A stretch of 52,046 nt of DNA, filler included, from Sphacelaria rigidula (lineage: Eukaryota): the NCBI GenBank assembly GCA_964200075.2. It is 3 parts of 3 records of this genome, joined end to end, with 100 filler letters (N's around TTAATTAATTAA, not from the genome) between each part and the next. Parts side by side here need not be neighbours in the genome. Positions count along the whole stretch, not along the records: positions 17,385 to 34,666 come from CAXNAA020001118.1; 2 more parts are not named here. One strand, given 5' to 3'. Positions 21,677 through 34,766 of this stretch are shown here, one piece after another (the stretch's first letter is position 1; each line of letters starts with the position of its first letter). Both the position numbers and the translations under genes were made by a program. Under the pieces are notes generated by a model. The model was not told where the DNA came from and ran no database searches. It saw only the letters and a list, made by a program, of their open reading frames with translations.

Positions 21677-24600
21677 CAGCGCTAAGGAAGATACAACACA
21701 AGAGGTGGCGAATCTTATGCAGGTGAGTATCATCGGTATCCTTGCAGTAGAGAGTCTTTCTACGATAACCCCTGCCCCCCCCCAAAACAAAAAAACAGCC
21801 CAAAACTCTCACAAAGATAATGTCCCAAAAGCGCCTGATGTTTGGTTTCAGGCTGCAAGAAGCGCCTCATATGCGCGACATCGGCGAAAACGAACCCAAG
21901 CGTGAAAATTCCCAGCTGCTCGTTGTGCTTGGCTTTTTTCATTTCGAATTACGTGTAGAGTTTACCTCCTTAGACTAGCCACGTTTTGGGGGGGCTATCG
22001 TAGAATGACTGTAGATTGTATTCTTCAACAATCCCCATGAAAGCAGCGTCAATCGCTCTCCTCGCGTGTCGCGAAATGAGTTCTGGGTATCACTGCTTTG
22101 GTCGGTTACTCAAGCTCCAAGTCTCGTGTCTATTTGTGTTGTTGCGCCCTTGAGCCTCTTGTATATTGTTTTGTGTGGTGCGTTTCACTTGTATACATTT
22201 TTAGTGAACGCATGGGGGCATACACAGCCTGTAATAAATCGCTCAATAGACGGCAGTCGCAGGTTATGATACTGTACTTGGTAGTTCATGATAGTGCAGC
22301 CTCAGACATATGATAGGTATATGGACGGAACGGTGGTCCTTTTTCTATGTATAGCTTGAAAGTATCTTGATCGTCGCTTTATATGAAAGCTGTGTAACCG
22401 AAGCAAGGGAGCCGATCGAAGGGCTATCACACCGCTTATTTTTCGCCATTCCTCACGAAAAGATGGAGAAAAACGAACGTGAGATATTGAATATATTTGT
22501 CAGCTATAACGTGTGCGTGTTCTTCTTTCAGCCAAATTTTGAATCCCTCCCCTTCCTCAAGACAAGTCCGTAGTCTCGAGGACCGACCCGTCTCTCCCCG
22601 GTACACGCCTTGCATTTCGGTCTCGCCGATTGGGTCAGCACTACTGCACCGCGTCAGCTCTCGTCAAACGAACTCAGTCCTCCGACTACGATTTCCATGC
22701 ACACACGTTTTCGACGGTGGAATCGGATATTTGGAATAAGAAATCTCCACGCATCGGGAATCGAACCCGCATTCTCTTCACCGCAATGATGATAGTCGGA
22801 TCATTGAACGACCGGGATGGGGCGGTGTGGGGCGGTGTTATAGATACATAGCTCTACATGTATGCTGTCTTTTTGTTGATTATTTTGGGAAGAGGGGAGG
22901 GAGGCGGAAACCGAAAGAAGGAGAATAGCAGAACGACAAATTCGACCCCTCCCCCCCCCTTTCTCCCTCTGACGCGTAACTCTTGTGAAACGACATCAAG
23001 CTTGCCTTTCGAAATAACGTACCCCATATGAGCAGGGTTATGAAAGGATTGAGATTGGGAGCTGCTTACTGCCTCCTCGACGTGTTCGAGAGACGAAATA
23101 TCCGCCTGCTACGGATCAAAGACCCTTGGGATGAAGGTAATATGTGATGCTACAGACACCCCTACTACGCGCCCCTTATATGTAGCGCCACTTTGTCATA
23201 CTCCGGAATGTAACCTCTAGCATTGTTTCGGCCTCGCCCCCCAACAGCTCGAAGTATTTTCGCAGTTTTCGGTCGACAATGGATCGATATTCGACACTCG
23301 CGAAGTCTACGGAGATGGTGACTTACTGTAGTGTTTTTACATACACTCACTAGTCTAGTATACAGGAATCGTTCGAGTGAGGCTTAAAATACCATTTCTT
23401 ATGGCTATCCGAAAAACTGTTGTGTGCTGTCCTCTGCACAGATAATTATACGGATACGTCATGGTTTCTGTTGTTTTGGAACCTCGAGCTCAGTTTCTCA
23501 TGTATGACCCCGTTTGTCAACTATGAAGAGAGTGCCCACCGGAGAAAAGGAGAGAGGGGGGCGTACTCGTTTGGTGCTTGCCTGAGACTAACAGCGAATC
23601 ATCATGATAATGCGTATGGATCTCACACTAAAAAACAAGAAGGATAGTGATGAACCCCGAAAAACATTTGGCGGCCACTTTGTTCTGGGCCCCAGGTCGC
23701 TGGTTGGATATTAGTCGCACGAGTCTGTAAGCGAAAGGTTCAGAATATAGGCCGGGCTGGCCAAGACGCGAATTTGTGGGGTGCAGATCCCGTCTCACCT
23801 CAATTCTGCAAGTTAAACTTCGAAATTTGGTACGGAGGAAGTATAGGGCATGCTTAAACGCTGTCGAAAGGGACGCTTTTTTTTGTTTTCGTGAGTTAGG
23901 GACAATAATCAGTATCCAGATATCAGGAAAACGCCGTTAACTCACGAAAAAAAACACATACCTTGGCGTCCTGCATGACAGCGTTTTAGCATGCCCTACG
24001 CTTCCTCCGTACCAAATTTCGAAGCCTAACTCGCAAAATTGAGGTGAGACGGGAAGGTACAGAAACCGGGCCGGGCGAGATCGGAACAGTATTTTCCGGG
24101 CCGTTTACTGAGCTAGGTTTGGTACTTGTGCCTTGAATCTTTGTGTGGGACCTCGCTACAGTAGGCCATATCCGACCAAAAATAGTGGGAAAGGTTTATA
24201 TATATATACATGCATATCCACTTGCTTAGGATGCTTTCATATAGTGAAGATCATATTTCCACGAGACGGTCCGTACCTCTCCAAAAACAAAAAATGAAGA
24301 GCCCATTATTTTTCACCTTCGGCATACCTTTGCAATCCTCCACGATAAGTTTCAAATCTCACTTGTTGAAATGAAGCTGAAAAGCTGAGATGAGGTCCGA
24401 GAGAAAAGCTGAGATGAGGTCCGAGAGCATTGTCCATTTTCCCTTCTAACTCCCCTGCAAAAATAGAACAAATGAAAACAAAATGGAGAAATAATGAAAA
24501 AAATGAAGTAAAACGAAAAACGATGATTTTTTTCAGTATGCAGTAGCGATTCTCCGAACGAAATTTCAAAGTACAGCTCTCAAGAACTGAGACGCAATAT

Positions 24601-27600
24601 CGAGATTTAGTGCATCAAGTGCCTCTGCTCGAGATATATTGATTTTAGTATCGAAAATTATGTTCGCCATATCTCGAGACAGATAACGAATTAGGCAAAA
24701 GTGGAGGTATTGATCGGTTCTCCGTTCTTCAGGGAACGTCCACACCAAAAATCGTCATCATCCGCTGTACATATCGTTCGGGGTTTTACACAGACTTTAG
24801 TATTGATGCTATCTCCGTGAGGTATAGGAATTACTAGACATGGATTTTAATCAACGAGAAGAAAATGGCCCAGACTTCTGAGCACATGGACATCTTCCCC
24901 ATGATCAGACGATTAGTACGATATGCAGATTACGGCCCAACTCGTCTATGTCGACGAGATATTGCTTTGAGAGCTTAAACCCGCGTCTACGCCGGCCCAG
25001 CTCGTAGTATTTGAAGTTTGATCCTACAGGCTAGTCCCAACTCTCTTGATGAAAGCTTGCATGCGCCCATGTTTGGCTGTCGGTCATCTACGCCTACGCA
25101 ACGGATCAGTCCCCAGTGTCGTCAATTTTGCAGGAGAGACTGTCAGCGTTATATGCTCGCAGCACCGAAAATTGGCACTCAATACGGGTAAAATTTGGAT
25201 TATTTCTCTATTATGCCGTCTGCTGCACAGGAGAATATCAGGGGGATTGGGGGCCTTCTTCTCCGCTTTGGTCATCCTATCCGGCGTTCGCGTCCGAACT
25301 TCTGCCAAGGACGCCTCCGGGAACTTTCTGGATGGACCAAAGCGCTTTCCTAGAGGCAAATACAAAACATAACTCACTCTGTCAAACAGAGATTTACAGA
25401 CGAAACACGAAAGTGATGAGTTCTCTTCACACGTGTTTCTACTTTTCATCCCATTGGTCAGTGCTGGAGGGATATAGAAGTGCATGTACACATCGTTTGT
25501 ATAATCAGAAAATAATTGCTAATCTCGGACAATGCACCTAACTTGACAAGTAAAATCTGGAGGCTACTCATGAAACGGTTCAAGCAAAGACATTTTTTCC
25601 GTTTTTACTCCTCGAAAGTTGCCGCGCGTTTTTTTAAGTTAAGCTGTAGCAAAATGACCGATTCCGAGAGAGACTTCATAAATCGCCAGTATTGACCAAC
25701 TGAGAGATGTTTTTTCGGTTTGCTTTTTGACCACGGAAATATAGAAAACACAAAAAACAATTAAATTGTACGCCATGAGTTTCATTACACTCTGTGTCAT
25801 CTTCGTTTTTATTGTTATAATGTGACCCCTTATTCATGTATAGCTACGCGTTACTTTTATCGCTGAATGAACAAATCCGTCGTTTCATTCCACTTTGTGA
25901 TATTTTTGTGTTTATTTTTCTCCCGGAGGACTACTGCGCCGCCAGTTGTGCATGTGATCACTGTGTCCAAAATTAGTCTAAAATGACGATAGTGCTGAAT
26001 CAATGAACGAAAATAAGCCTATTGATTTTTCGGGGTGTGCAAAGAGCTACCCATTATGATCGATTCAGTTGAAGTCAGCGTTGCGGAAATTATGGTAAAC
26101 ACCAGGATATTTTTGTATGTTAGTTGCGAACACCACTCGTTTGGTGGGCGTTTTGATGCATGCAGTCAGGAAATACCGAATTCACGTTGTCCTCGTGCGC
26201 CCTTGGGCTGCAGCAATCAACGTTTAAGCATAGCGTTCCAAGGTTCGGACCAATCATCGCTGGTTGAAATCACCAAATCTACGATTTCTGAGGCCTGGTC
26301 GATCGGAAGAGAGATTGAAGTTGACTGTCAGATAACACATCTCCCACGCATTTTTTGGGCTATTAACAGCCGGTCCTCAAAATTGAGGATGGAGCTTTTT
26401 ATTGAGGATAAGGAAGCCCTAGAACGGCGCGCGGAAAGTGCCCATATATTTCCCCCCCGAAAAGACTTCGCGAACCCTGTGGGACCGGACTCCCAGAAAC
26501 ATGTATGGTTTACACGTGTGGGCCTTTTCGTGCATCGGCATCATTTTCAGTCGTTCTCAAGTAGAAATGATGCCGATTCACAAAAAGGCCCCCGCGTGCA
26601 AACCAAATGTTTATTCTGGAGTCCGATCCCCGAAGGGTGAACATTAAAGGAGTAGTAGAGCGACGTTCGAATTCTCAGGGCCCGCACGGATCGCTCAAAT
26701 GGTTGTGTCACCCATACCTCGGCGTCGGGATCGTTTTTTTATACCAATGCAGGTCAGGACCTGACTTCGAATTTCAAACAAATAAAAGCGCCTTTTTCAA
26801 CTTGGAGTTCTGTTTTGACCCAATACACATGCAACAGCGTTTTTCAACAGCCGATATCAATACGGAATACGAACAGTCGTGATCAGCGGCGCGTTGAATA
26901 TTTTTAAATGGTGAAGAGGGGTCACACCGGCTTTTTAGTTTCGGGCGGTCGGTCGGATCAATATTGACACGACATATACTCATTGAGACGGCTTGAGGGC
27001 ACCTTTGCGTTTTCCGGTGGCCGCAGGTTTTTTGGCCAAACTCACGCTCCTCTCCAAGAACGGTCAAGTCCATAATAAACTGCCAGTTTTTTCTAGACTC
27101 GACCGTTCTTGGACAAGGATGCCAATTTAGCAGAGTAAGTGTGGCTACCGAAAAATGCAAAGGTATCCCGGAACTGTCTCAACGAGTAGAGTAGTAGCTA
27201 CAATGTACACGAGCGGTGCGCTACCAACTTGCTGGAGATCGCTTTCATGACAAACCGTTGCCGCAGTCGCCTCGGTGCACTACCAACTTGGTCGAGGCCA
27301 CTTCCACATCGTTGCGGTACACTCTGTAACCACCAAGTATTTGCGGGGAAATGCATGGGCACATTCCGCCCGCCGTTCCGGTGCTTCCTCATCCTTGATG
27401 AAAATCTCCACCCCCAATCTTGTTGATCGGCTGTTATTCCGCGTGCCTGAGGTGCGCGTACCCGGAATGCAACGCTGAAAATATAAAATTTCGTCCAAGC
27501 ATTGATTCGTACGGTGCGAATTAATCATTAAAAATAAGTAATTCAAAGAGGAATCGTTATTCGTCCGCCCGTTGTAGGATTCACTTGATGAGGAATCGAT

Positions 27601-30600
27601 CGCGACTGGATCTGCACTGGCACTGGAAGTCCTGAAATCGGTACTTGTAGACATTGGAAACACGTCGTGCACGGGGATAGCTCCCCATTTTGTGCTGTCG
27701 GAGGTGCTATTGACCGTGTCTGATCTAAAGTCACGGCTCTCCGGCTGAAGCTTCGTAAATGGCAAGATCTCGGTAAAGTGAGCGTCGACGATTGTTCACC
27801 GAAACGATCGGGGTTGATTCGATCGAGCGAAATATGAAGGAGCCAGAACCTGAAGCTGTATAGTCATGAGATCCCCGACATGTTTTCATTTTTTTTTTTT
27901 GGGACTTATGTCGGGTTTTTCTGTGACTCGATCCTCGAGTTGTGACATGAAGCCTTCGCGTTGATCAGTCATAGTAACCGAAATATGTGAAACATGTCGA
28001 CCGAAAATTCTACGCCCAACCCGCAGCCCGCGAGGGCAGTCCACTCGATCATGCATTTTTTTCAAGTGAAATTGAAGCGAATTCAATAGATGAACTACTA
28101 TCGACGTTTGAGAGATGAACGTTGGCGGCTATCTGTTCTCGATGAGCAGATGAAACTGTTTAAGCCACTGGTTTTTGTCTGCAAATTCAACCGTTTGAGG
28201 TCATGGTTTTTGCATATTAAAGAACCAATGAGCACTGAGTTCGAAACTGTGAAGCTAACGAAGGCACCTTACACCGTATCCAAACCGAAATATAACCTCA
28301 CACGAGTCTGTGCAGCCTAAGATCGCAAATCGAGCAATGCTCGGATCGCAAAATTGGACAGGTCCAGATCTTGCAGGATCCTAGCCAGACAGCAAATATC
28401 AGCAATAGTTGCCGCACGTACGGTGTTTCAACACCCGCATGGGTTGATTGGTGCACACGTGTACCGCATTTTCGTTATCTCTGCAACACATTGTATCCCT
28501 CCCCTTCCCAGGGGCGAGTCCGTGGTGTCAAGGGATCGACCCATCTCCCCTGGTACACGCCTTGCATTTTGGTCTCACAGATTGGGCCAGCACTCCCGCA
28601 CCGCCTCAAAACTCGTCGAACAAACTCAGTCAACTACTTCTCGTTTCATCACGTACGCATCCTTTCCACAGTGAAGGTCAGATGCTGGAAATGAACATCC
28701 CAACATGGCGGAAATCGAACCCTTGTCCTGTCCACCCTAATGGTGACAATCGGAACATTAGACAACCGGAGGTGGTGGCATCATATTTGGGTTGAGCAGA
28801 TTGTGATCTTCTCTTTGATCCTGAACCCAACGTCCTACGAGCTGGATTAGGTAGAAGCACCTTTCGGCGCTCAACCACCTTTGCACGGCCCGTTTTGAAG
28901 AGTTAGAAGCTGCAAATTGGAACACGACCTATACCATCAATGCGCAACAATGTATTGCCTTCAACATGTTCGTGAAATTAGGAACGTTTTTTTTTCGGAA
29001 CCGGAGATTTTTCGTGATTTACACAAAGGCGGTCGAATATTTCGAAACGGCCGTCACCACCCTGAAAGCCCTTGATCTGACGGGAATTTTGATGCCAAAA
29101 GATCAATGCTCGACGTGGTCAGTGCAGAGGTATGAGGAAAAACGCGTAAAAAAAAAAAAGAAGAACGTTTTGAACATTGTCGACCGTATCTCATGGAAGG
29201 CGCCACCGATTTTTAATCTGATTGCGTTCTTGAACTCATGAACTTGTTGTCTTTTGCCAAAATAGAAATTACCATTATTATTTATTATTCCTGCACATTA
29301 GTTCGATATCGCGGAGCCGTTGTCACAGACGTAGGCCCGCCTTCCCAATAATACCTTCCCTGCTTTTCCTCACAAGACATATTACCATAAATAAAAATAA
29401 GAAGAGAGACGCCATGAAAAACGGTGAGACGTAGCTCCCCCGAGTTTGACGAGGAGAAGAAGGAAAGAAAGAAAAATAACAATAGAAAAATAGACCCAGT
29501 TGAAGACTCTGACAAGACTTGAGAATGTCATAACCAAACACACACAGATTTATATATATCAGCCAAGGCAACACGTTTTTGCTCATCAAAGTGCAGAACG
29601 CACGTATGAAAATTCAACTCAAAACTCCTTAGATCGAGTCGTGCATTTTACTTCCTGTGTGACACCGTTGCACCCCGTTTTCTAGCTGATGAGATGCTTT
29701 TACAAGGGCGAAATGTAAAAAATTCGAATCCTCACAGATACCTTCTCTTTTAGCAGAATCTTGTCTCGTCGTTGAGGTCATATAATATCAAGTACAGTGT
29801 TCCTTTATTTTTCGAATCAGATCGTACACCAGCCGGTTGATCTGTACATCACAGCGATATACTGACATCAGGTTAATTCGGGAGACTGAGAATGTCGTCG
29901 TGAGCTAAAGAAATTTGGGCTTTTGGGCTGACCCAGCTCGTAGGTTCACGCGGGTTTGACCTGAACAATGGACTATATGCAGCCAACGCACACTAAACAA
30001 GTTGTGGCTCTTACTCGTCGGAATAATCTTGCCTTTTCTAATTTTCAAACGCAATTACACCTGGCCGCCTTATAGATCCCATCAAATAAGCGCGCATGGC
30101 AGGCGAGCAAGAGAAGAGCCCACAGAATTTCCAAGTTGGCCTATTTTGAACAGACTGCTGTAACTTCGCCGCATGTTTTCGGATAGACGAACTAGACACG
30201 GAATACCGCTCCCACGAGTAAGGTCTCCAACCCTTTGGTTGGGGTACATCGGCAATATCGTTCGTTACTCAGGCCATTTAAAGACACTAGAAAACGATCC
30301 AGATCTGAATGGATATCATCTGCTTCACACAAAACTCGTTGTTGTGCATGAGTTGCAGTGTTCGAAGAGGCGTTTTCAGGCCAACGCGCTCCAAGCAGCA
30401 GAAAGTACGATTTGTTGAAGCCTCTTGAGAGTAAAAGAGACCCTCTCCGTCTTTGAAGCCGTTTCAGAGCGAGAAATACCTCGGGGCGGAGTTGTGAGAC
30501 AGTCCTCTCTATAAGTGTACCAAAATAATCGATCCAATCTCAAGTATATTAAAATAATCGATCCAATCTCAAGTACGCTCAGCATAGGCAAAACGGCACT

Positions 30601-31700
30601 TGCTTAGTCCTACGGGCTTTCTAGTTGGATGCTTTGCTCATCATCATACTCACCATGACGCGGTGGGTTGCCGGCACCGTATCATTATGGCGACACTATA
30701 GCTAGATCCCGCAGTGGAAAAGAAGGACACTGGTGAAATGCAGTCACCTGAATGCATTACGGTATATGTGACTTTTGACCGTTGCTATTGATAGCATTTC
30801 GGTAGGGCACGGCACTCTAACGGACTGAAGTTTGCCGCGACTATGCTGGACCCTCTCCGCCGCGATTCCTGACGAAACGCATCATATTGATCCATTGTCA
30901 GTTCATTGTAGCATTGTCGAAATGAGGCAGCCATCATAAGTGTTTCGGTTCTTCACGTTGACTGAACTGTTGAGTTGTTGTCCAGTTTACGTGTCCTGAA
31001 TAAAGTTCGAAGTCCTTCTTGATGGAAACAAAATGCCATGCCTATTATAATTCCTTAATCTGAAGACATCGTCCGGGGAAATTGAAGAGGCGATTTTCGT
31101 TGACGAAAACGATTTTGTTTAATGATTTACCGTGAAACAATGATGGATCCTACCTCCTCGCCGAATATACCTGACAAGTTAAAACAGGCACAAGATATTT
31201 TCCCTGCGAGTCAGGCGTCTAATGTTTCTAGTGAGATCGTTGACTGGGTAGCTCGTGCTTCAGATCAAAACCGTAGGACTACCAGATGGTAAATGATGCG
31301 GAAGAAATATCATACTCTCTATTTTTCCCAGACGCTTTTCGTGGCGATTGCAGCAGCAGATCATGTCTCAGTCATCGTTAATTCAATACTTTTGTGGCAA
31401 CATTCGGAAGACATGTAGTGCAAATTACCTCATGCGATACCAATCCCTGCCGGAAACAATTTTGCGGAAACCTTTACGACAGATTTTCAACACGCTGTAT
31501 GCGGTGGACACCCACGAGGGAGATATGACCACGGGACCTGAGCACCCCGTTAGCACGCGAGCAATCAATACGAAAACCTATAACACCGATAGTAGCAATA
31601 AAGGAGCCAAGACCCCTGTCGGGAGTATGGACGACGCGGCGCAAGATCAGCGTGAAGGCCGTGTCGAGGGCTGGTGGGAGGGAGAGGGATGTGGGGGGAG
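21677..31700 (+). CDS. Calpain-like (CysPc plus start of domain III) protein, partial spliced gene, probably catalytically inactive
   Basis: Phase-consistent exons 21677-21722(?), 23001-23136, 25231-25355, 31483-31700 give KGLRLGAAYCLLDVFERRNIRLLRIKDPWDE-GEYQGDWGPSSPLW..PGTFWMDQSAFLE-IFNTLYAV..VEGWWEGEGCGG. This matches the calpain pattern GLxxGHAY..RLLRIRNPWG..W.GDWS..S..W..DG.FWM...F...F and the domain III G.W...AGG. Other exons unresolved. Confidence 0.75.
22545..22820 (-). mobile_element. tRNA-derived SINE (family with 28496 and 43930 copies)
   Basis: B-box GGGTTCGATTCCC on minus strand at about 22756-22769; body CCCTCCCCTTCC..AGTCCGT..TACACGCCTTGCATTT shared among three copies. Confidence 0.7.
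23001..23136 (+). CDS. Calpain-like exon with His-loop and NPW-loop equivalents (GLRLGAAY..RIKDPW)
   Basis: tcaag acceptor, G|gtaata donor, 136 nt open frame. Confidence 0.8.
23789..24053. mobile_element. MITE with about 77-bp TIRs (CCCGTCTCACCTCAATT...)
   Basis: 23789-23865 is the near reverse complement of 23977-24053; no clean TSD. Confidence 0.8.
24379..24426. repeat. 24-bp tandem duplication
   Basis: GAAAAGCTGAGATGAGGTCCGAGA x2. Confidence 0.85.
25231..25355 (+). CDS. Calpain-like exon (GEYQGDWGPSSPLW...GTFWMDQSAFLE)
   Basis: cacag acceptor, phase 1 matches previous exon; probable GC donor GAG|gcaaat. Confidence 0.8.
26475..26637. mobile_element. piggyBac-like MITE, same family as 47591-47751
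   Basis: CCCTGTGGGACCGGACTCCCAGAAACATG...TGGAGTCCGATCCCCGAAGGG. Confidence 0.65.
28496..28775 (-). mobile_element. tRNA-derived SINE copy
   Basis: Homologous to 22545-22820; GGGTTCGATTTCC B-box on minus strand. Confidence 0.7.
30521..30575. repeat. Short direct duplication
   Basis: AAAATAATCGATCCAATCTCAAGTA x2. Confidence 0.8.
31483..31700 (+). CDS. Calpain-like exon (IFNTLYAV...VEGWWEGEGCGG)
   Basis: gacag acceptor, AG|gtatgt donor; end of CysPc and start of domain III. Confidence 0.7.
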
Positions 31701-34265
31701 GTATGTATGGATGGATGGAAGACGTTGTAATAGTTTGTTACCATTTGGAACACCACTGTCTACCGAGCTGCCAAGGTTTAGGGCGGTCGAAGCTCTCTCA
31801 CGACATATACAAAGGAAACCGTCAGGAGGCTTTCTGGGTCTCTGGTGCACACCATCAGAGGGAATGCGACGACATCAAACCTCCGCAACACCGAATCACC
31901 ACGGTTCCATAATAATCGTTGCCAAACGTGTTTTTCCGTTACGGCGAAATACGTGTAAATCGAGTAGAACTGGTGATGGAAAATCGTACTTTAATTTCAG
32001 AACATCATGAATAACGCTCGTGGGTCTAGGTAATATTTCGCCCTTAGTGCCACCCCGATCACCTTCAAGCAAAACCGGTCTACAGTATGCCACCCGCCTC
32101 TTCAGTTGTCCATGTCGGGCATTATGATGCCATGTATGCGACAATTGGGTAGAATATATTGCGGAAGGCATTTACTGATGAGTGAATCAGCCTGTGTCAC
32201 GTACGATAAGAGGATAGCAAAGTACCATACGTTCCACTGCCAGCGTTGAACCAGCAAGGTACCGTCCACAATTTTCGAACTATCCATTCCCGTAAGATTT
32301 GCGCTGAGCTAACGACCGCGGCTGTTGCATCGGCTATTATGTCACGTTTGCACTGATCGTAGTGTTACTCAGTATCTAAGGTTGTCAGGGAAGTACCACG
32401 CAATAGTAGGTGCTGCAGCGTTCTCACAGGCAAGGTGTCTTCTCATGCGCGATCGGTAGTACGAGAAACCCATTGATTTGTGACGGATCAAAAATTCGCT
32501 TGCAATCAACCAATGCCGCTCGCTACACACGATGGCGCTCTCTTGCGTATTTTTATAGTTCATGGGCAGCACACTGACCAGGAGAAAAGGTGCGTGATAT
32601 TGCCATCTTGTTGCCATCTTGTGTCTGACCCCTATAGGGTATATACCATCGATATACTTCGAGCACACTCTGGTTCGAGCAGCACACGCTGCTTAACCAG
32701 GAAGTAGTAGGCAGATCGCACAACTCCAGTTGTCGAGATGGAAGTCGATCAAACGGAAGTATGTAGATATGTGCATTGTCACGTTGGATACCACTGGCAT
32801 AAGAGAGGAGAAAACATATACACTGATCTCAGAGGGGCGAGGGGTGCGGACGTGCACCTCCACGAGCTCCTCCGTAAGGTATGACAAATGTCCCTTATTT
32901 CTTCCAACCGAAAACGCACAGCACACCGTTAGACAACTCTATGTTTGTTCCTTGTCACTTCGAGAAGGAAAATGAGAAAGAGACCAATCCTAAAATCAGT
33001 CCATACAGTATCGTTTCGCGTCGGGAAATCCGCCGCATTTTCTACCGACAATCTCGGATTTGCATCTCACGCTGTTCCTCATGATGAGCCAAGTTACCCC
33101 ATGATCAACATATCCAGTGGCTGACGATTTGAATGGTAGCACAAAAGGAGAGGGGTTGCCGCGATTTCAGTCTTTTCTACAGAGAAGGCGCATTTATTCG
33201 TAGTGTCGCTGTTCTTGTTCAAACAAGATTTCTTGCAAGAAAAACGGTAGGAATATGCAGAATGGTGCCGATCACCGCCAGCAAGCTGTGAACTTCCCAC
33301 CTGAGCTATCCCGTGCCCTGTTCAACTGCCCCAAAATAGCAAGGGAGTACTTGTTCGCTTCTATTTTCGTTGGGCGTCTCCTTTTTTATATTGCCGTAAT
33401 CCGCCGATTTCTGGCCTTTCTACACATGTGTTTAGGCATGTTCTCACCACACGTGGATAGAACCCTGTGGGGCATGTCTACAGGGGTCAGTCACCCTTGC
33501 AGTATTTTCCGCGGTGAGCACGCCGTACAGTGTTCAATGAACACGGCACAGCGCATTTCACAGGGCTTCGTAGCCCTGTGTACTGTTACTTGAAGCGAAT
33601 ACGCTGACATCGGTCTTTTAAACTGCACAACGTGCTGCACAGGGTTTCGCGACCCGGTGTAGAGTGCGGGTCCAGGCAAGTACGCTGCGCAGTGGCTCAT
33701 GTACACTACACAGCGCACTCACTACAGGAAAGTACATGAGCGGTCAGCACAATGGAGGGAGAAAGCCCCCGAAAAAACGGTAAGGCCAGGAATCGAACCA
33801 ATGATCTGGATGTCGCGGTGAAACGTTTTTGACATTTGAAGCACGAACATGCCTTGCTTACAGCAAACGAATGTACTCCTCCTGTGTAGCACAACTAACT
33901 ATTACAGGAGGCGTGAGAATGATAACTCACAGGCACTCACTCACATGTCAGATGTAACAATGCCAGATCTCGGAAAATTTACTTTGTGGAATTTGACCGA
34001 ATCCTTACGAGCTGGGCCAGCCAAGAAGCGAATTTATGGTTCGCAGGCCCATTCATCGGCCAATATTTAGAGTTGGACACTAATAATTGGTACGGGCAAT
34101 GCAAGAGGGTATAATAGAGAGTTTCGGGAAACGTTTTTTCTCATCTTGGAGTCAGAGTGGAAGGAAAAATAGACGGCAACGGTGCACTGTCCGCTATGAA
34201 GTATTTTTTTGCGCGATTTTTTAGAGTGAGGCTACGTCTTATGTATCAAAAAATGAAACTTGTTG

Positions 34266-34664
34266 AAAAGGGTATTTTTGGCCCTTCTCCGTCGTTTTTC
34301 CCCCGAAAAGAGGACTAGGCGGATGTTGACACCTTGGAATGACTTGATCTATTCGCCGAGACGGTTTCAGAGCACCTCTGCGTTTCCCGTAGGTCACAGT
34401 TTCGTTTTTGGCCGAACTTGCATTTTCAATAGCAAACGGCCAAGTTATAAAGAAACAGGGTGAAAACTGACGTTTTTTTGGTAACTTGACTGTTCGTTAT
34501 TGAAAGTGCAAGTTCGAGCAAAACCTAACCGTGACCTACGAAAAACGCAGAGAGGTGCTCTGGAACGGCCTCGGCGAGTAGAGCAAGTCATTCCAAGGTG
34601 TCAGCATCCGCCTAGCCCTCTTTTCGGGGGAAAAACGACAGAGAAGGGCCAAAAATGCACTTTT
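34266..34664. repeat. Foldback inverted repeat, about 190-bp arms
   Basis: TTTTTGGCCCTTCTC..GGCGGATGTTGACACCTTGGAATGACTTG..CAAGTTA pairs with TAACTTG..CAAGTCATTCCAAGGTGTCAGCATCCGCC..GAGAAGGGCCAAAAA; ends at the contig edge. Confidence 0.85.
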
Positions 34665-34666
34665 GA

Positions 34667-34766
34667 NNNNNNNNNNNNNNNNNNNNNNNNNNNNNNNNNN
34701 NNNNNNNNNNTTAATTAATTAANNNNNNNNNNNNNNNNNNNNNNNNNNNNNNNNNNNNNNNNNNNN
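34667..34766. other. Artificial contig spacer
   Basis: 44 N + TTAATTAATTAA + 44 N. Confidence 0.98.
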
